Below are positions 10,121 through 21,527 of a stretch of 64,000 bases of DNA, piece by piece. The notes below the pieces were generated by a model. It ran no database searches. It saw only the letters and a program-made list of their open reading frames with translations, and had not been told where the DNA came from. The translations under genes were made by a program, and so were the position numbers. The DNA is taken from NCBI GenBank assembly GCA_977017575.1, contig CDRNVI010000021.1, positions 682,001-746,000 of the forward strand, given 5' to 3'. Source of the DNA: Paramoeba atlantica. Taxonomy: Eukaryota > Protista > Discosea. Position 1 is the stretch's first letter, and each line of letters opens with the position of its first letter.

Positions 10121-11533
10121 ATGCTAGCCGAGGCCACGCTCTACACCGTTCTCTACGGCTCCAGCTACCGTTTCGCCTCCCTCTTCCTCTCTCGTCTTGC
10201 CCTCCCGGGCGTCCACCGTCTCCCCCTGCGTCACCTCTTCCATGCCATCTTCACCCTGGGCCTCTCCCTGTTCTTCCTTCTCCTGCTGGAGTGCGTGCAC
10301 TACGGCACCCCCACGCTTCGTCTCACACTCTGGAACCTTTCCTTGTTTCTGTGCTTCACACTTCTCGGGTTTGTCCTCCCGATGCGTACGCTGCGGGAGA
10401 TCACGGGCGACCGCTGGACGGGGTGGTCCCCGGGGAGGATACGCAACCTGTATCGAGCCCTCTCCCTGCTCGCGGTGGTGGGTTTTGTGTTCCACGGCTC
10501 CGGCGGGGGCTCCCGTCCAGCGCTTGTGTTTTTGACCCAAACGGTCAGTCGCGCGGCGGTTATGGTGCTGGCAAGTTTTGCCGGCCACAGTACCGTGGTT
10601 ACGTTTGGTCAGTATTTGCTGTCGCTGTATTTTCCTGCAGAGGCGATGGCGCAAGCGACGGAGCTAAAGAACGCTCAGACATGTATGGTAGCCGCGCTAG
10701 AGGAGAAGGAGAGATTGGTCGCTATGCAGGAGGCAGGGGTTTCAGATGGGAAGGCGCAGGTACACGGATTAACTTCTGCCGTCTCTTCATTGGGGTCAAA
10801 ACTTCACTCTGTGTTTCGATCGCCCTGGAATGAGGAAAGGAATTTTTCTAAAAGAGATTCCCATTCTGTCGTCGTCGACCTTACGGTTTTGCGGCAGGAG
10901 ATTGAAAGCTTGCGAAAGATGGAGCATTATCTGGCCCTTCAATCTCAGGAAATTGCAGAACGTATGGAACTGGTGCGTATGCGACAATCATGGGCCGGTA
11001 GAGTTCAACTAGGAATTTGTCTTGTCATTGGTATCATTGGCATTCTTAAAGTATTGGCAAGTTCTATTACTCTTCTCATTGGGTCGTATACTATGGCAAC
11101 AAGCGAGGCACCGGTACTCCGAATCGTGCGCATTTTATCTCTTTGGTCTGAATCGGATTATGGTTCAACTCTTTCCTTGTCCAAAATAAATGTAGCCTCA
11201 TTTGCTTTTCTCTTACTTCTACTGGGGACATCGTTTCGTTCGGTACTTTTGAGTATCTTAAAGTTTTTGACCTGGCACATGTCTTTTCTGCGCCCGTCCT
11301 CCATAGTACTTCTCATTTCTGAGTTTTTAGGACTGTACTGTTTAGGCACGGTTATACTCTCTCGCTCAGCTATACCAGAGCATCACCGGTTTTTTCTGGA
11401 ACGTGCCTTCGGCAACCACACGCAATATGCTGAGTATTACCGCTTGTTTGACATTTTTTTCGTCTTGAGTGCAGTCATTTCTTCTATTTTAAATGGTATA
11501 CACATTAATGAACACGTTTCTACATCCATTTAG
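10121..11533 (+). CDS. GPR89: Golgi pH regulator / GPR89 (GTG)-like multipass membrane protein
   Basis: Multiple hydrophobic helices around a central coiled loop; C-terminal YYRLFDIFFVLSAVISS matches the GPR89 FYHRWFDVIFLVSA motif. Confidence 0.85.
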   Translation: MLAEATLYTVLYGSSYRFASLFLSRLALPGVHRLPLRHLFHAIFTLGLSLFFLLLLECVHYGTPTLRLTLWNLSLFLCFTLLGFVLPMRTLREITGDRWTGWSPGRIRNLYRALSLLAVVGFVFHGSGGGSRPALVFLTQTVSRAAVMVLASFAGHSTVVTFGQYLLSLYFPAEAMAQATELKNAQTCMVAALEEKERLVAMQEAGVSDGKAQVHGLTSAVSSLGSKLHSVFRSPWNEERNFSKRDSHSVVVDLTVLRQEIESLRKMEHYLALQSQEIAERMELVRMRQSWAGRVQLGICLVIGIIGILKVLASSITLLIGSYTMATSEAPVLRIVRILSLWSESDYGSTLSLSKINVASFAFLLLLLGTSFRSVLLSILKFLTWHMSFLRPSSIVLLISEFLGLYCLGTVILSRSAIPEHHRFFLERAFGNHTQYAEYYRLFDIFFVLSAVISSILNGIHINEHVSTSI

Positions 11534-11802
11534 GAGAATGAATGTTTCTGGAAACGAAAACCTAGAAAAAATAAACGTGAAAAAATTGCTCCCGTCGGCT
11601 TTCACTGAAACCGGTGAAAGGCTAAATCTTCTCAGTATAGGAATCGAACATCTTTCCGTATATCTTTCTGTATATTGATACACTAATTTTTTATAGGAAA
11701 ACTGATCTTTTGAAGAGATCTTATGGCGTTTGTTCCCTGAGTAGTATGAAAAAAAGTATGAAATAGAATTTGTGTATCATTTTATGAAAGATCAAATGGA
11801 GC

Positions 11803-13569
11803 ATGAGTAGAAATTTGAAACGGATGCGAGCTACAAACGATGGTGAATTTTCAGTTTCTGCTGACGACTCACCTACTGTTCAAACAAAATCAAAAACGAA
11901 AATCGGGAAAAAGGCCAGAAACGAAACAGTTGTACATTACAAATCCAGGAACGTCTTACCATCAACGCAAGTAGGTAAAGTCGAAGTTTTACCAAAATAT
12001 GATTTTATCCACACGTCCGTATCGACGCGTGATTCGGAACCTAACGGTGGCCAGCGCACCACTCGGGTGACTCCTACAACCCCAACAAAGTCTACAGCTC
12101 CACCTGTTACAATTGACCTTACACATTCTGGGCGCAGTTGTGATCCTTCTCTCCAACGTACACCCCCAAAAGCTGTGCACAAGGGTCGTGCAACAGATGC
12201 TAAAATCATATCCCGCGTAAATCGCATTTCCGTAAGCCCGCAATCTACTCCAGTCCGGTCTCGTCCCAGCACTGCGGCTGGAACAAATCCCCGGAATATC
12301 TCAGTTCAACCTCCACCTCAATATAGGTCATCACGATCTGCCACAAGCCATATACCTGCTTTGCCGAGTTCTTCCCCTATCCGAGAATCCGTTCCTGTTT
12401 CCGTATCTCAGCGCTCCTCCCAACGCCTTGCCTCTGTGTCTGCCGCTCCCTCCCTTCCTTCTCGTCCTGTGACATCTTCTCCCCCCTCTCATGAACGCGC
12501 AAAATCAAAAGCCAGTTTAACGACCCAGGTAGACCAGGCAGAATTACAAACGCAAAAGAAACCCGAGAAAACGCCTTCGTCAACTTCTCGAAGAGGACCG
12601 GTGAATCACCCTGCTTCTTCTTCCTTCTCCTCTTCACGAGATCGTGCCCCTTTGCCCATCTCCTCTCCCCACCCCTCCAACCGCCCATCCATTTCATGTC
12701 CCCACATTCCCGAGGCAACTTCCGATCCTCCGGAGACCGACACCCACAGAACACCACTGCCCACGACCGGGACTGCGACCTACACCTATGTCTACCCCTC
12801 TGAACAAACTGAGGCAAATTTGAATTCAAACGATAGGGAAGAAAGAGAAGATGGAGAAACGCATACCCGTCCCTCTGACCATTCTTCCCGGTCTCGACGA
12901 CGCCCGAATCGTCGTCGTCGAGGGAACCGAAATCAACCCGAAACGTACCGTCGGTCTCGCTTTCATGAGATCTCTCCTCCAGCGTATGCGTATGCCACAG
13001 AGGAGACACCCAATTTTGATTTCAATCCGTTAGCCGGTGGGATTCTGTTTGGGATTCCAGACACAGGAGAGGAGGATTCCGACACGTTGGAGGGAAATGA
13101 ATTCAACGCCATGGTTCCGTTTATGCAGCAAATGATGCGTGTGTTGGGTTCTGGCGCCCCAAACTCACGTAGCCGTGGACGAGGTCGCGCGCAAGGGGTG
13201 TCGAATGCGAATCTACGCTCCATGTTGGATTCGTTGAATGTGCTAAATGAGGTGGTGCAGCAACGGGAAATGGGTCTCACAGGAGATATTGATAACTACT
13301 CCTATGAGCAGCTTCTGGAATTGGAAGATCGTATTGGGAAGGTAAACACAGGTGTGAAAGCGTCAGAATTAGAGTATCTGGAAAATCGCAAAGTGTTTGA
13401 TGGAGACGGAGAGGTGCGCTGTACTATTTGCTTGGAAGAATACAAAAAAGAGGTGGAACTAACTGTTCTTAAATGCGATCACACATTCCACATTTCATGC
13501 ATGGAGGCATGGGCAAAGGATAACAACTGTTGTCCTCTCTGTAAAACTGAAATTGTTAAACGAGAATGA
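11803..13569 (+). CDS. RING-H2 E3 ubiquitin ligase with long S/P/T-rich N-terminus
   Basis: DNYSYEQLLELEDRIGKVNTG followed by CTICLEEY...LKCDHTFHISCMEAW...CPLCK (C3H2C3). Confidence 0.92.
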   Translation: MSRNLKRMRATNDGEFSVSADDSPTVQTKSKTKIGKKARNETVVHYKSRNVLPSTQVGKVEVLPKYDFIHTSVSTRDSEPNGGQRTTRVTPTTPTKSTAPPVTIDLTHSGRSCDPSLQRTPPKAVHKGRATDAKIISRVNRISVSPQSTPVRSRPSTAAGTNPRNISVQPPPQYRSSRSATSHIPALPSSSPIRESVPVSVSQRSSQRLASVSAAPSLPSRPVTSSPPSHERAKSKASLTTQVDQAELQTQKKPEKTPSSTSRRGPVNHPASSSFSSSRDRAPLPISSPHPSNRPSISCPHIPEATSDPPETDTHRTPLPTTGTATYTYVYPSEQTEANLNSNDREEREDGETHTRPSDHSSRSRRRPNRRRRGNRNQPETYRRSRFHEISPPAYAYATEETPNFDFNPLAGGILFGIPDTGEEDSDTLEGNEFNAMVPFMQQMMRVLGSGAPNSRSRGRGRAQGVSNANLRSMLDSLNVLNEVVQQREMGLTGDIDNYSYEQLLELEDRIGKVNTGVKASELEYLENRKVFDGDGEVRCTICLEEYKKEVELTVLKCDHTFHISCMEAWAKDNNCCPLCKTEIVKRE

Positions 13570-14020
13570 CAGGAAAGACGTTTCTAAGTTCTTTTCTGCA
13601 AGAAACATACATTCGTGCCGTCGCTGCCTCGAGAATCCTTTCTAAAGCACTTTTTTTGCTTAATATCATAGATTTAAGACTCATTCTAAATACCACATCG
13701 CTCTTTCTTTGGATATTTCCCCCAATACGTGGAGCTGAAAATACTATTTCCACGGATTTTGAACTCGTGTAGTAATCTATACTTTTTACACTTTTACTCT
13801 TTAATTTGTACATCTTCCGATTTTTAAGTACGTAAAAAATACGTGCGAGATGAATTTGGTTATTCTTAACTGATTTTGGCTTTCGAAACTACTTTTACAT
13901 AAACTTTTAAAGTTGCTACCGTAATTTCTTAAACATTCTCCCTAACTTTTACCTGTATCTTTTTTTTCTTGCAAACTTTCGCATTGTACCTGCCGTACAC
14001 GAATACTTTTAAGCAAAGTA

Positions 14021-17000
14021 ATGGAAAAGTACAAGAAAAATCACGATTCTGCAAGTTCGCACACCAAATCTACAACTTCGAGACCCCGGGTATCTACTCG
14101 AATGCTTCCCAAAATAAGTCAAGTCGCTGTAAAACCGAAACGCGACAGCACATTTGGCGAAACCGAAGAAAAGACAATCAAAAAAGCGAAGCACATGGAG
14201 TCATCTGGCCAAGAAAATAGTGTGGATACAACGTGCGCAGCTCAGGTCAGTGAATCAGGAATTTTAGTCGAAAATCCGTCTATTTCAATTATGGATTTAA
14301 CATGGTTGGGAATGCAGCCTACTCAAATCGACCTGTATTCCTCTTTACATTTGTACAACTGGAGCGAAGTACAGCGTCACGCATCGTGCGCAAAAAAAGT
14401 TTCTCTACGTGAGAAATTATTTCAAGATGAAGCCGACTTTCAATCTCTCTTGAAAGTGCTCATACATCCAGGAGATTTTCCGGACGTCGACGAGATTGGC
14501 AAAAAACATTATGGGGCTCGCTATTCGACATCCGTTTCTCTTCAGCAAGCCCAACAAATACGTCGTAAACATTGGGCAATGAGCTGCATGAAATTTCCAA
14601 TGGTTCAGCGTTACGAGGAGTCTCGTTATGGGATTGCGCGTCTTGTCACTGTTTTTTCTCGTATGTTAGTCTTGCCTCTAAAAGACTCGCAGACACTTTT
14701 GTGGTCTCATCTGTTTAGGCATCGAATCCACGCATGGATTTCGGCAGATATTTTCCTGATGTGCCTAGAATCCGCAAACTGTGATCAGGAAATTGAGCGT
14801 ATTCTCTTTTTGGGAAACAAAACGATACCCCACCTGGAAGAGAGTCTCAAGCATATTATGTGGTTTCGCGTTTCTAACTCGTCCCCCATTTTTGTTTCAA
14901 TAAAGGACGCCTCGACAGCAGCAAAAAGATTCTCATGGAGAAGAGTGTTCATCGCCTCGCTTTTGGTTAAACATCGTTTGCTACCGTTTTCCTTTATATG
15001 GTCGTGCCTCGAAAAAGTGGCGCCTCGCTCATGGAAGGAGGATGCGATAAAATATTATGAAGCTCGAATGAAACGGGCTCAGGAGAAAAAAACAAGAATT
15101 GCGTTAGAAGGCGATAAAAGGGGGGAATTGGAATTTGTGTCGTCACATCCCTTATCGATCCCACACTCCTTAATTGAAAATCAGTGCTTGGATTACATTG
15201 CCGCGGCTCTCGCAAACGATGATCTTGAATCCGCGGATCTTGCTTTACGTCTATGTTCAGAATTTCATCCCATGGACTACTCACCACCTGAACAGAATAG
15301 ACGTATTGATGTAGCTGCATTGGCTGCTCTTCGTCGGCAACCTCTGCACTTTCCAAAGCAAATATTACTCTCTATAGGGTATCGACTGGGGTTGGATCCT
15401 TCTTTGCTATGTTTGCTACTCAAGCAATCTTGGTATCGAGAGAATAAAAGCTTTTTAAAGACGCAGGCTTCCCCTGCGGTGATATTATGCCCTATAATAC
15501 AATCTGCAGCTTCGCTGCTCCCAGAGTATGAACGCCTTCCACTTGAAACTTGCGAACCAGAAATTGTGGCAGAGAGAGTAAAAAATGAAGAAGTTCTGGC
15601 CTACGTAATTCGAAGAGTAACGCCGCAAAACGGAGAATCTTATGCGCGTATGTTGCTACCGATTACAAGCTGCTATCCGTACACGATCATTGAGAAACTA
15701 ATTGAACAAGCCGTTGGATACAACGATCCTGTTTTAATGGCTTCTCAAGTCCGCTTGCTTCAATTCTCTCGGCCATCAATTATCCGTCTTCTTTTTAAGG
15801 AAGTTAACTCGTATGTTGTGCAGATGTGTGAACGTAGAGGTCTCCAGGCTTTAAATAGAATCAAGAGCGCTACCGACTTATTTGTTATTGTCTGGCGACA
15901 TCATTTTGAGGCTTTGACCGTGGATGAATTTTTTTGTAGCATGCTCCGATCTATTTTTCCTGTTGTGCAAATCTGCTACTGGTCTAGTTTACAAGATCAC
16001 ATGCTCTTACTTCCAACATTCAGCGAGACAACGTGGAGTCCTATGCAGCTCAAAGCCTTGTGTTGCGGCCCAATAACACGTTGGTTTGTATCCGGGGGAT
16101 ACAGTTTGTTCAATCAAACCAAATCATGCGATCTTAACTTGACACTTCAGTTATGGTTTTCTAATTTTTACCGCATTTTTGCTGTGCTTCGCAAGTGGGG
16201 ATCTGAATTCTATTTGCGAATGAAGAATTTAAAGAATTCGATTCCTGAAATTTATCGAGATGATGACACCAGCGGATCAACATCTACGGAACGCTTATCT
16301 ATGATACGAAAGCTGCAGACTATGTGCCACGATATTCTTGTGTATCTTCAGTATACGAGCGATTCTAAAACTGTTAACAAAGTCATGTTTGATCATCATT
16401 CCCTTTGTGATGTTCTCTTCCTTGATGAAGCCTACGCAACCGCATTAAACTTTGTGCAACAGGAAGTCACTCGATCCGAAACCGAATCCACTGCACTGGA
16501 AAGCTCTAACAAGAAATTCTTTGACACACTGAACCTGCTTATTCAACAAGAGCAAACTATGCATAAATCTCGTTGCTCAAATGCTGAGATTTACTTCCGT
16601 GAGATTCGAAAATGTTATTCGGACTTCTGCGTGTCGATTCATCAGTTGATGCAACGCGTTCTTCGGAATCCAGAGGATGCGTTATATAGCGCAATTTTTC
16701 TCAAGCTTTATGGATCTTTTAGTTCTGAAGAGCTTGTTTGGTATCTGCGGGCTTTTTTGCATTTTATTTTTGCCTATACAACTGCTGAAAGTACTTATGT
16801 TGGTATTTTTCTGGCGGAACTACTTGAAGGGATAACTCAAAATTGGATTACGGAAGTTCTTATTTTCTCTCGAGTTCTGGCAGCTCTCCGTCATCCGCTG
16901 CAATATGTGCAACACAATGCTCTCATTCTGTTGTGGGAACTCCGAGAATGTTTTCCGTGTTTTCAATTTACAGTGGAAGGCTTATCTTCCGAACTAGAAC

Positions 17001-17155
17001 CCATGGCTATGGTGGATGGTCCCTTGAAGCCTAGGGCATTGGCTATTCTGAACAATACACGCCGTCGCGTTGAGTTTTTAAAAAACCCCGGTGATGAGTT
17101 GAAGAATTTCATTGGACGCATTGTTGCCAAAAATAGAGCGGCGCAGGTTTCTTAA
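14021..17155 (+). CDS. THOC2: THO complex subunit 2-like protein
   Basis: 1044-aa helical protein; IEKLIEQAVGYNDP, QRVLRNPEDALYSAIF, TTAESTYVGIFLAELL and YVQHNALILL...FP match conserved Tho2 blocks as recalled. Confidence 0.75.
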   Translation: MEKYKKNHDSASSHTKSTTSRPRVSTRMLPKISQVAVKPKRDSTFGETEEKTIKKAKHMESSGQENSVDTTCAAQVSESGILVENPSISIMDLTWLGMQPTQIDLYSSLHLYNWSEVQRHASCAKKVSLREKLFQDEADFQSLLKVLIHPGDFPDVDEIGKKHYGARYSTSVSLQQAQQIRRKHWAMSCMKFPMVQRYEESRYGIARLVTVFSRMLVLPLKDSQTLLWSHLFRHRIHAWISADIFLMCLESANCDQEIERILFLGNKTIPHLEESLKHIMWFRVSNSSPIFVSIKDASTAAKRFSWRRVFIASLLVKHRLLPFSFIWSCLEKVAPRSWKEDAIKYYEARMKRAQEKKTRIALEGDKRGELEFVSSHPLSIPHSLIENQCLDYIAAALANDDLESADLALRLCSEFHPMDYSPPEQNRRIDVAALAALRRQPLHFPKQILLSIGYRLGLDPSLLCLLLKQSWYRENKSFLKTQASPAVILCPIIQSAASLLPEYERLPLETCEPEIVAERVKNEEVLAYVIRRVTPQNGESYARMLLPITSCYPYTIIEKLIEQAVGYNDPVLMASQVRLLQFSRPSIIRLLFKEVNSYVVQMCERRGLQALNRIKSATDLFVIVWRHHFEALTVDEFFCSMLRSIFPVVQICYWSSLQDHMLLLPTFSETTWSPMQLKALCCGPITRWFVSGGYSLFNQTKSCDLNLTLQLWFSNFYRIFAVLRKWGSEFYLRMKNLKNSIPEIYRDDDTSGSTSTERLSMIRKLQTMCHDILVYLQYTSDSKTVNKVMFDHHSLCDVLFLDEAYATALNFVQQEVTRSETESTALESSNKKFFDTLNLLIQQEQTMHKSRCSNAEIYFREIRKCYSDFCVSIHQLMQRVLRNPEDALYSAIFLKLYGSFSSEELVWYLRAFLHFIFAYTTAESTYVGIFLAELLEGITQNWITEVLIFSRVLAALRHPLQYVQHNALILLWELRECFPCFQFTVEGLSSELEPMAMVDGPLKPRALAILNNTRRRVEFLKNPGDELKNFIGRIVAKNRAAQVS

Positions 17156-17369
17156 GTTGCTTTAGAAAACGTGGTACGGAAAGAAGTTGTTTAGCGCACT
17201 TTTTAGCTTACTAACTAATTTTGTATGTTACGGACTTACTTAATGATCGTGTCACCGGTATTTGTAGGGTTCGCCTCTAGAGCATGTAGTTATAACCTTC
17301 TCTATTTCATCGGTAATTAGGTTTCTCTACACTGTACTTCATCCTTTTATTTAATCGAGACTATATCAC

Positions 17370-17960
17370 ATGGACTTCTTATTTACAGCAGATAGTACCC
17401 GTTCTGCTGCACGACCAAGTAAGGTTCGTGGGGCAGCTCTACCGCAGGAATACGAATTATCTGTTCTGATTCAGGAAATAGAGATCACAAGTCCTACATG
17501 GAGCACTGCTACTTCTGCCTGTGAATGGGACGGGGTGCAATGCGATTCCCTGAGCAAAGTTACAGATCTTATCTGGCATCGGCGTCGATTGGCTGGAAAA
17601 CTAAAGTGGGATTATCTTCCTCGAACGCTGGAGACAATATACGTGCAAGAAAACGAACTAAGTGGTGGGGTTAATTTGTGTGGACTGCCATTCGGTATCT
17701 TGCTTCTTCACGCTGCGAAGAATCGTTTTTCCGGACAGTTGGATTTCTCCTCTCTTCCTCCAAACATTAAACGCCTTTATCTTAACGACAATTTGTTTAG
17801 CGGGGAAATAAAGTTTGATTCATTGCCCAAAGATATGATCATGCTTTATTTGCAGGATAACGCCCAGCTTTCAGGGAAGATAGAAAGAGCGAATCTTCCT
17901 CGTTTGTTGCATTCAAACAGTGATCTATTTCAAATCGGAACACGAATTACGGTGGTGTAG
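17370..17960 (+). CDS. Short leucine-rich repeat protein, same family as 3907-4599
   Basis: RPSKVRGAALPQEYEL, TSACEWDGVQCD cap, xNxFSGxxxxxxLP repeats. Confidence 0.9.
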   Translation: MDFLFTADSTRSAARPSKVRGAALPQEYELSVLIQEIEITSPTWSTATSACEWDGVQCDSLSKVTDLIWHRRRLAGKLKWDYLPRTLETIYVQENELSGGVNLCGLPFGILLLHAAKNRFSGQLDFSSLPPNIKRLYLNDNLFSGEIKFDSLPKDMIMLYLQDNAQLSGKIERANLPRLLHSNSDLFQIGTRITVV

Positions 17961-18496
17961 TTGTGGCGTACACAATATGATAATCTTTATATGGGAATGA
18001 TACTTATGAAAAAATATGTTCGTGCTCTCGTTCTTATGGTTTCATTATAGAGGATGGATAGTATTTCAGAGCAGCTAGCCACGGCCGTTGTAGTCTGATG
18101 TGAATTTTAAGAAAGATACTGGGGAGCATCAAAATAAAAAACGATACGCGTTTCTTTTTGGTATGTAGGGTAAGAATAGTATACATTTGGTATATACTTA
18201 CCCTACATTTTTTATAGGGTAACTGTATATTGTAAGGAGAACGTTGAATTTGTTTTAAAGAATATTGGGATTTATAAATTTCTCGTTTCGCATAAAAAAG
18301 AGATTCATTCGAAAACAATGCATATAAATTCGTCAATTTCTTATCCTTTATCCGTAGAATATTTAGTATTTCGGTAAATTAATCTCGCACTGTAGTTCAA
18401 TAGTTTACTGTAAATACCGGGAGGTCTACAAAATTATTGTTTTGTGTAGAAATCTTGTTTTGTATAGAAATCTTGTTTTGTATAGAATAAGAGAAA

Positions 18497-18539
18497 TTGG
18501 TTTCTTTATTTTTCTATGCATCGCTTTTTCTAGACAGTT
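18497..18539 (+). promoter_or_regulatory. Polypyrimidine tract and AG: candidate trans-splice acceptor for the SNF2 gene
   Basis: TTGGTTTCTTTATTTTTTCTATGCATCGCTTTTTCTAGACAGTT directly before ATG 18540; similar tracts precede 2841 and 14021. Confidence 0.45.
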
Positions 18540-21209
18540 ATGGCAGATGATTTTCTTCTTTTCGATAAATTGCTTGCTCAGCCGAAATCAAAAGTTTTTG
18601 AATCCAAGTCAATAAGAAAAATAAAATTTCGGGGCGTCTCAGACACTATTGTTTGCTCGAAAGAAGATTCGGGAAAAAATGCAGATTCCGGAAAGTTCAC
18701 TCTAAACGCTGTGGAAGCACTATCTCGAAGCAGAAGGAATGAAGAAATTGAAGTTGAAGCAAAGCGTAGAATGATACTGTTTAGCAAGAAAGCAAATACC
18801 CATTTTTCAAACATTAAGAAGGTGAGGCACCTCTTGCGTGAGGCGGGAGAGTATGAGTCTATTCCTGACGAAACCTTGGATCCTAGCACGCTTCGCAAAG
18901 TTTTTGATGTACCGAACCATTATGATCACATCTTATTACCAGAAGTAGCCGATAACTACCCTTTTCTCCGTCCATACCAACATCGCGGAGTGCAGTGGAT
19001 GTTTCAAAAATATCAACGAGGTGACTTGGGGCTAATTTTGGGCGACGACATGGGCATGGGGAAGACAGCCCAAGTATGTTGCTTTTTACACTTGATCAAT
19101 GATCCTAAATTTTGTAAATTTGCCGCGCCAAGTATCGTCGTGGCTCCCAATGTAACCTTAGCGAATTGGATGCGAGAACTAGCTAGGTGGTCTCCAACTC
19201 TAAAAGTGGTCAAATATCACGGAAGCAAAGACCATCGGAAGCAGATGCGTTCCTCTTCTTTTATTGGGCAAGGCGAGTACGACGTTATGCTAACAACAGC
19301 TACGGTATTGTGTAATGATAAACCATACTTTATTGACAAAATTCATTGGCGGTGTGTCGTAGTGGATGAGGCTCACAGCATTAAAACGTCTAGCTCGCAA
19401 ATTACGCAGACGTGTCGAAAGATTACTTCGCCCTTTCGCGTTGCACTGACTGGAACACCTGTACAAAATCATATGCGCGAATTGTGGTGTTTGGCAGCCT
19501 TTCTTCATTGCAGTCTTCTTCAGGAGGATTTGGTGATATCTGATTCTACAGAATATGAAACATCGGTGGAAGCCACTGGAGTCGAGGCTTATGGGCTATC
19601 CGAGTCCGTCTCAGATTTTCTATCTTGTTTCATGCCGTATGTAATGCTACGCCGCACTAAATCTGAAACTCTCCGTGATCTTCCTCGAAAGCGCATTCAA
19701 ACCGTTTTTCTGGAGCCCACCCCGGAACAAAGACTTCTTTGTCATAAAATATGCTCTGATGCAGTACAGAGAAAAGAAATCACGTCCTCCTACATGCACT
19801 TGCGTAAAGTTGCCTGTCATCCATATCTTATTGATTTGCTATACAGCGGAAAAAGTCAGCTTTGCAGTCCTCTTCACGACAACAGCGTATCATTTTCATC
19901 TCTCTCATCGAATATACCGAACGAAAGTCTTCCCACGGATGATTCTGCACACATGAGACTGCACCGAGCAGGAGTTCCTGCTTTTAACCTCGACACCCTC
20001 AGCTCTCCCTCTGCAAAACTGCTCAAACTCGAGGCATTACTTCCGTCGCTACGCGATGAGGGTCATCGCGTCGTCATTTTTTCGTCATTTCGCACCATGT
20101 TAGATCTTGTCGAGGTGTTGTGTGTGCTTCGTAGCTATCCCTATTGCCGTCTTGATGGTCTCACTCCGTATTCCCGACGGGATTTGGACATGCAGGTATT
20201 CAACCGACCCCATTCCTCGATTTTTGCCTACCTTGTCACCACTACTACCGGAGGTGTGGGAATTTCTCTGGTCGGGGCAGACACCGCTATTCTTCTAGAC
20301 CCTCATTTCAACCCCACAGTGGATGAACAGGCTATCGATCGGATTCACCGACTAGGGCAAACTCGTGACGTCCAAGTGTATCGATTTCTGCTTCAGGACA
20401 GTGTGGAAGAACGTATCAATGTTGTCTCAAGTGATAAAAGTCGCCTGGGATCGGAAGTGCTTCGTGATGGCGTGGAACACGGTGTCGAACGCAGCTCGTA
20501 TTGTGCAAGTATTGAAGATTTGGAGGCGATGGGTTGTAAGAATGCGAGAAAGGAGATTTCCTCCGAGGTACTGCGATGCGTAGACAAGTGGATGCAGAAA
20601 CTTCGAAGTCAGAGCGGCGAGTTCGACTTGGAGCTTAATCTGTCTGAATCGGTCCAAGACGATACCGGACTTATGGAACAAGGCATAGGAGAAATGGTGG
20701 ATGATACCGATGGTAGAGTCATTGGTTCTAAAAAATTACGATTGAATTGCGGTTCACTGACAAGCAGAAATGCGTTCCGATATAGCTCCACATGTTTTAT
20801 TTGTCACGAGTATGTGAGTCCATGTGACGCTCTCCCTTGTAATTATTGTCCTAAGAACTATCATCTTTCTTGTATCGAGGAAATACAGACAGTACGGAAA
20901 CCGTTTTCGTGTCCACGACATTTCTGTCATGTTTGTCAAAAATCGTGCCCGGCAAGTGGTGGAGTGTTATTTCTTTGTATATCATGCACTCACTCTTACT
21001 GCTTTGAGCACTTAAGTCCTTCCCAGTGTGAGTCACAGGATTCCAGCGCACATTCCACACGGACTTCAAAACAAGATGACGGTTTCTGTTTTCTTCCGGA
21101 CACGCGTATCTCCAATACCTATCCGGAACGAATTTCTGAAAATGTTCCGCTGCGAAATTCTTTATTGTACATACGCTGCACAGAGTGCAGGGCAGAGGAT
21201 ATTTTTTGA
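18540..21209 (+). CDS. SNF2-family chromatin-remodelling ATPase with C-terminal PHD-like fingers
   Basis: LGDDMGMGKT, VVDEAH, ALTGTPVQN..ELW, DPHFNP..DEQAIDRIHRLGQ...VQVYRF; C-terminal CFIC..CNYCPKNYHLSC..CPRHFCHVC..C.SC..SYC.EH. Confidence 0.95.
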   Translation: MADDFLLFDKLLAQPKSKVFESKSIRKIKFRGVSDTIVCSKEDSGKNADSGKFTLNAVEALSRSRRNEEIEVEAKRRMILFSKKANTHFSNIKKVRHLLREAGEYESIPDETLDPSTLRKVFDVPNHYDHILLPEVADNYPFLRPYQHRGVQWMFQKYQRGDLGLILGDDMGMGKTAQVCCFLHLINDPKFCKFAAPSIVVAPNVTLANWMRELARWSPTLKVVKYHGSKDHRKQMRSSSFIGQGEYDVMLTTATVLCNDKPYFIDKIHWRCVVVDEAHSIKTSSSQITQTCRKITSPFRVALTGTPVQNHMRELWCLAAFLHCSLLQEDLVISDSTEYETSVEATGVEAYGLSESVSDFLSCFMPYVMLRRTKSETLRDLPRKRIQTVFLEPTPEQRLLCHKICSDAVQRKEITSSYMHLRKVACHPYLIDLLYSGKSQLCSPLHDNSVSFSSLSSNIPNESLPTDDSAHMRLHRAGVPAFNLDTLSSPSAKLLKLEALLPSLRDEGHRVVIFSSFRTMLDLVEVLCVLRSYPYCRLDGLTPYSRRDLDMQVFNRPHSSIFAYLVTTTTGGVGISLVGADTAILLDPHFNPTVDEQAIDRIHRLGQTRDVQVYRFLLQDSVEERINVVSSDKSRLGSEVLRDGVEHGVERSSYCASIEDLEAMGCKNARKEISSEVLRCVDKWMQKLRSQSGEFDLELNLSESVQDDTGLMEQGIGEMVDDTDGRVIGSKKLRLNCGSLTSRNAFRYSSTCFICHEYVSPCDALPCNYCPKNYHLSCIEEIQTVRKPFSCPRHFCHVCQKSCPASGGVLFLCISCTHSYCFEHLSPSQCESQDSSAHSTRTSKQDDGFCFLPDTRISNTYPERISENVPLRNSLLYIRCTECRAEDIF

Positions 21210-21527
21210 CTTTCGAATTCCACTGTACATGACTGCGACGTAAGCGTTTCTATTTTTATGCCACATCTAAAATGAGGTGTATGTAAAATGATTTGTTTAT
21301 TTTATATTTTTATAGAATTTGGTCCCCAGCTGGAATACTAGAAGTAAACGTTTGTATGCACTTTTGGTGTACAACTTTTCTCTTTTCAAAGGGCGAATCG
21401 CAATCATTTCTTTTAAGCGGAACGTTTTTACTGCTGTCTTTTGCGCCATATTTTCCTTTTGTAAACTTATTAAACACTGAATATTTCACTTGTTACCATC
21501 TTTAGGAAGCGTATCACGGAAAGCAAC

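Noticed and set aside
18447-18487. 20-bp tandem duplication TAGAAATCTTGTTTTG(T/C)A and similar small intergenic duplications (~4925-4970)
   Set aside because: Ordinary slippage products with no further structure.
18540-21209. JBP2 (base J synthesis) assignment for the SNF2 gene
   Set aside because: No N-terminal thymidine-hydroxylase domain is visible; it carries C-terminal PHD-like fingers instead.
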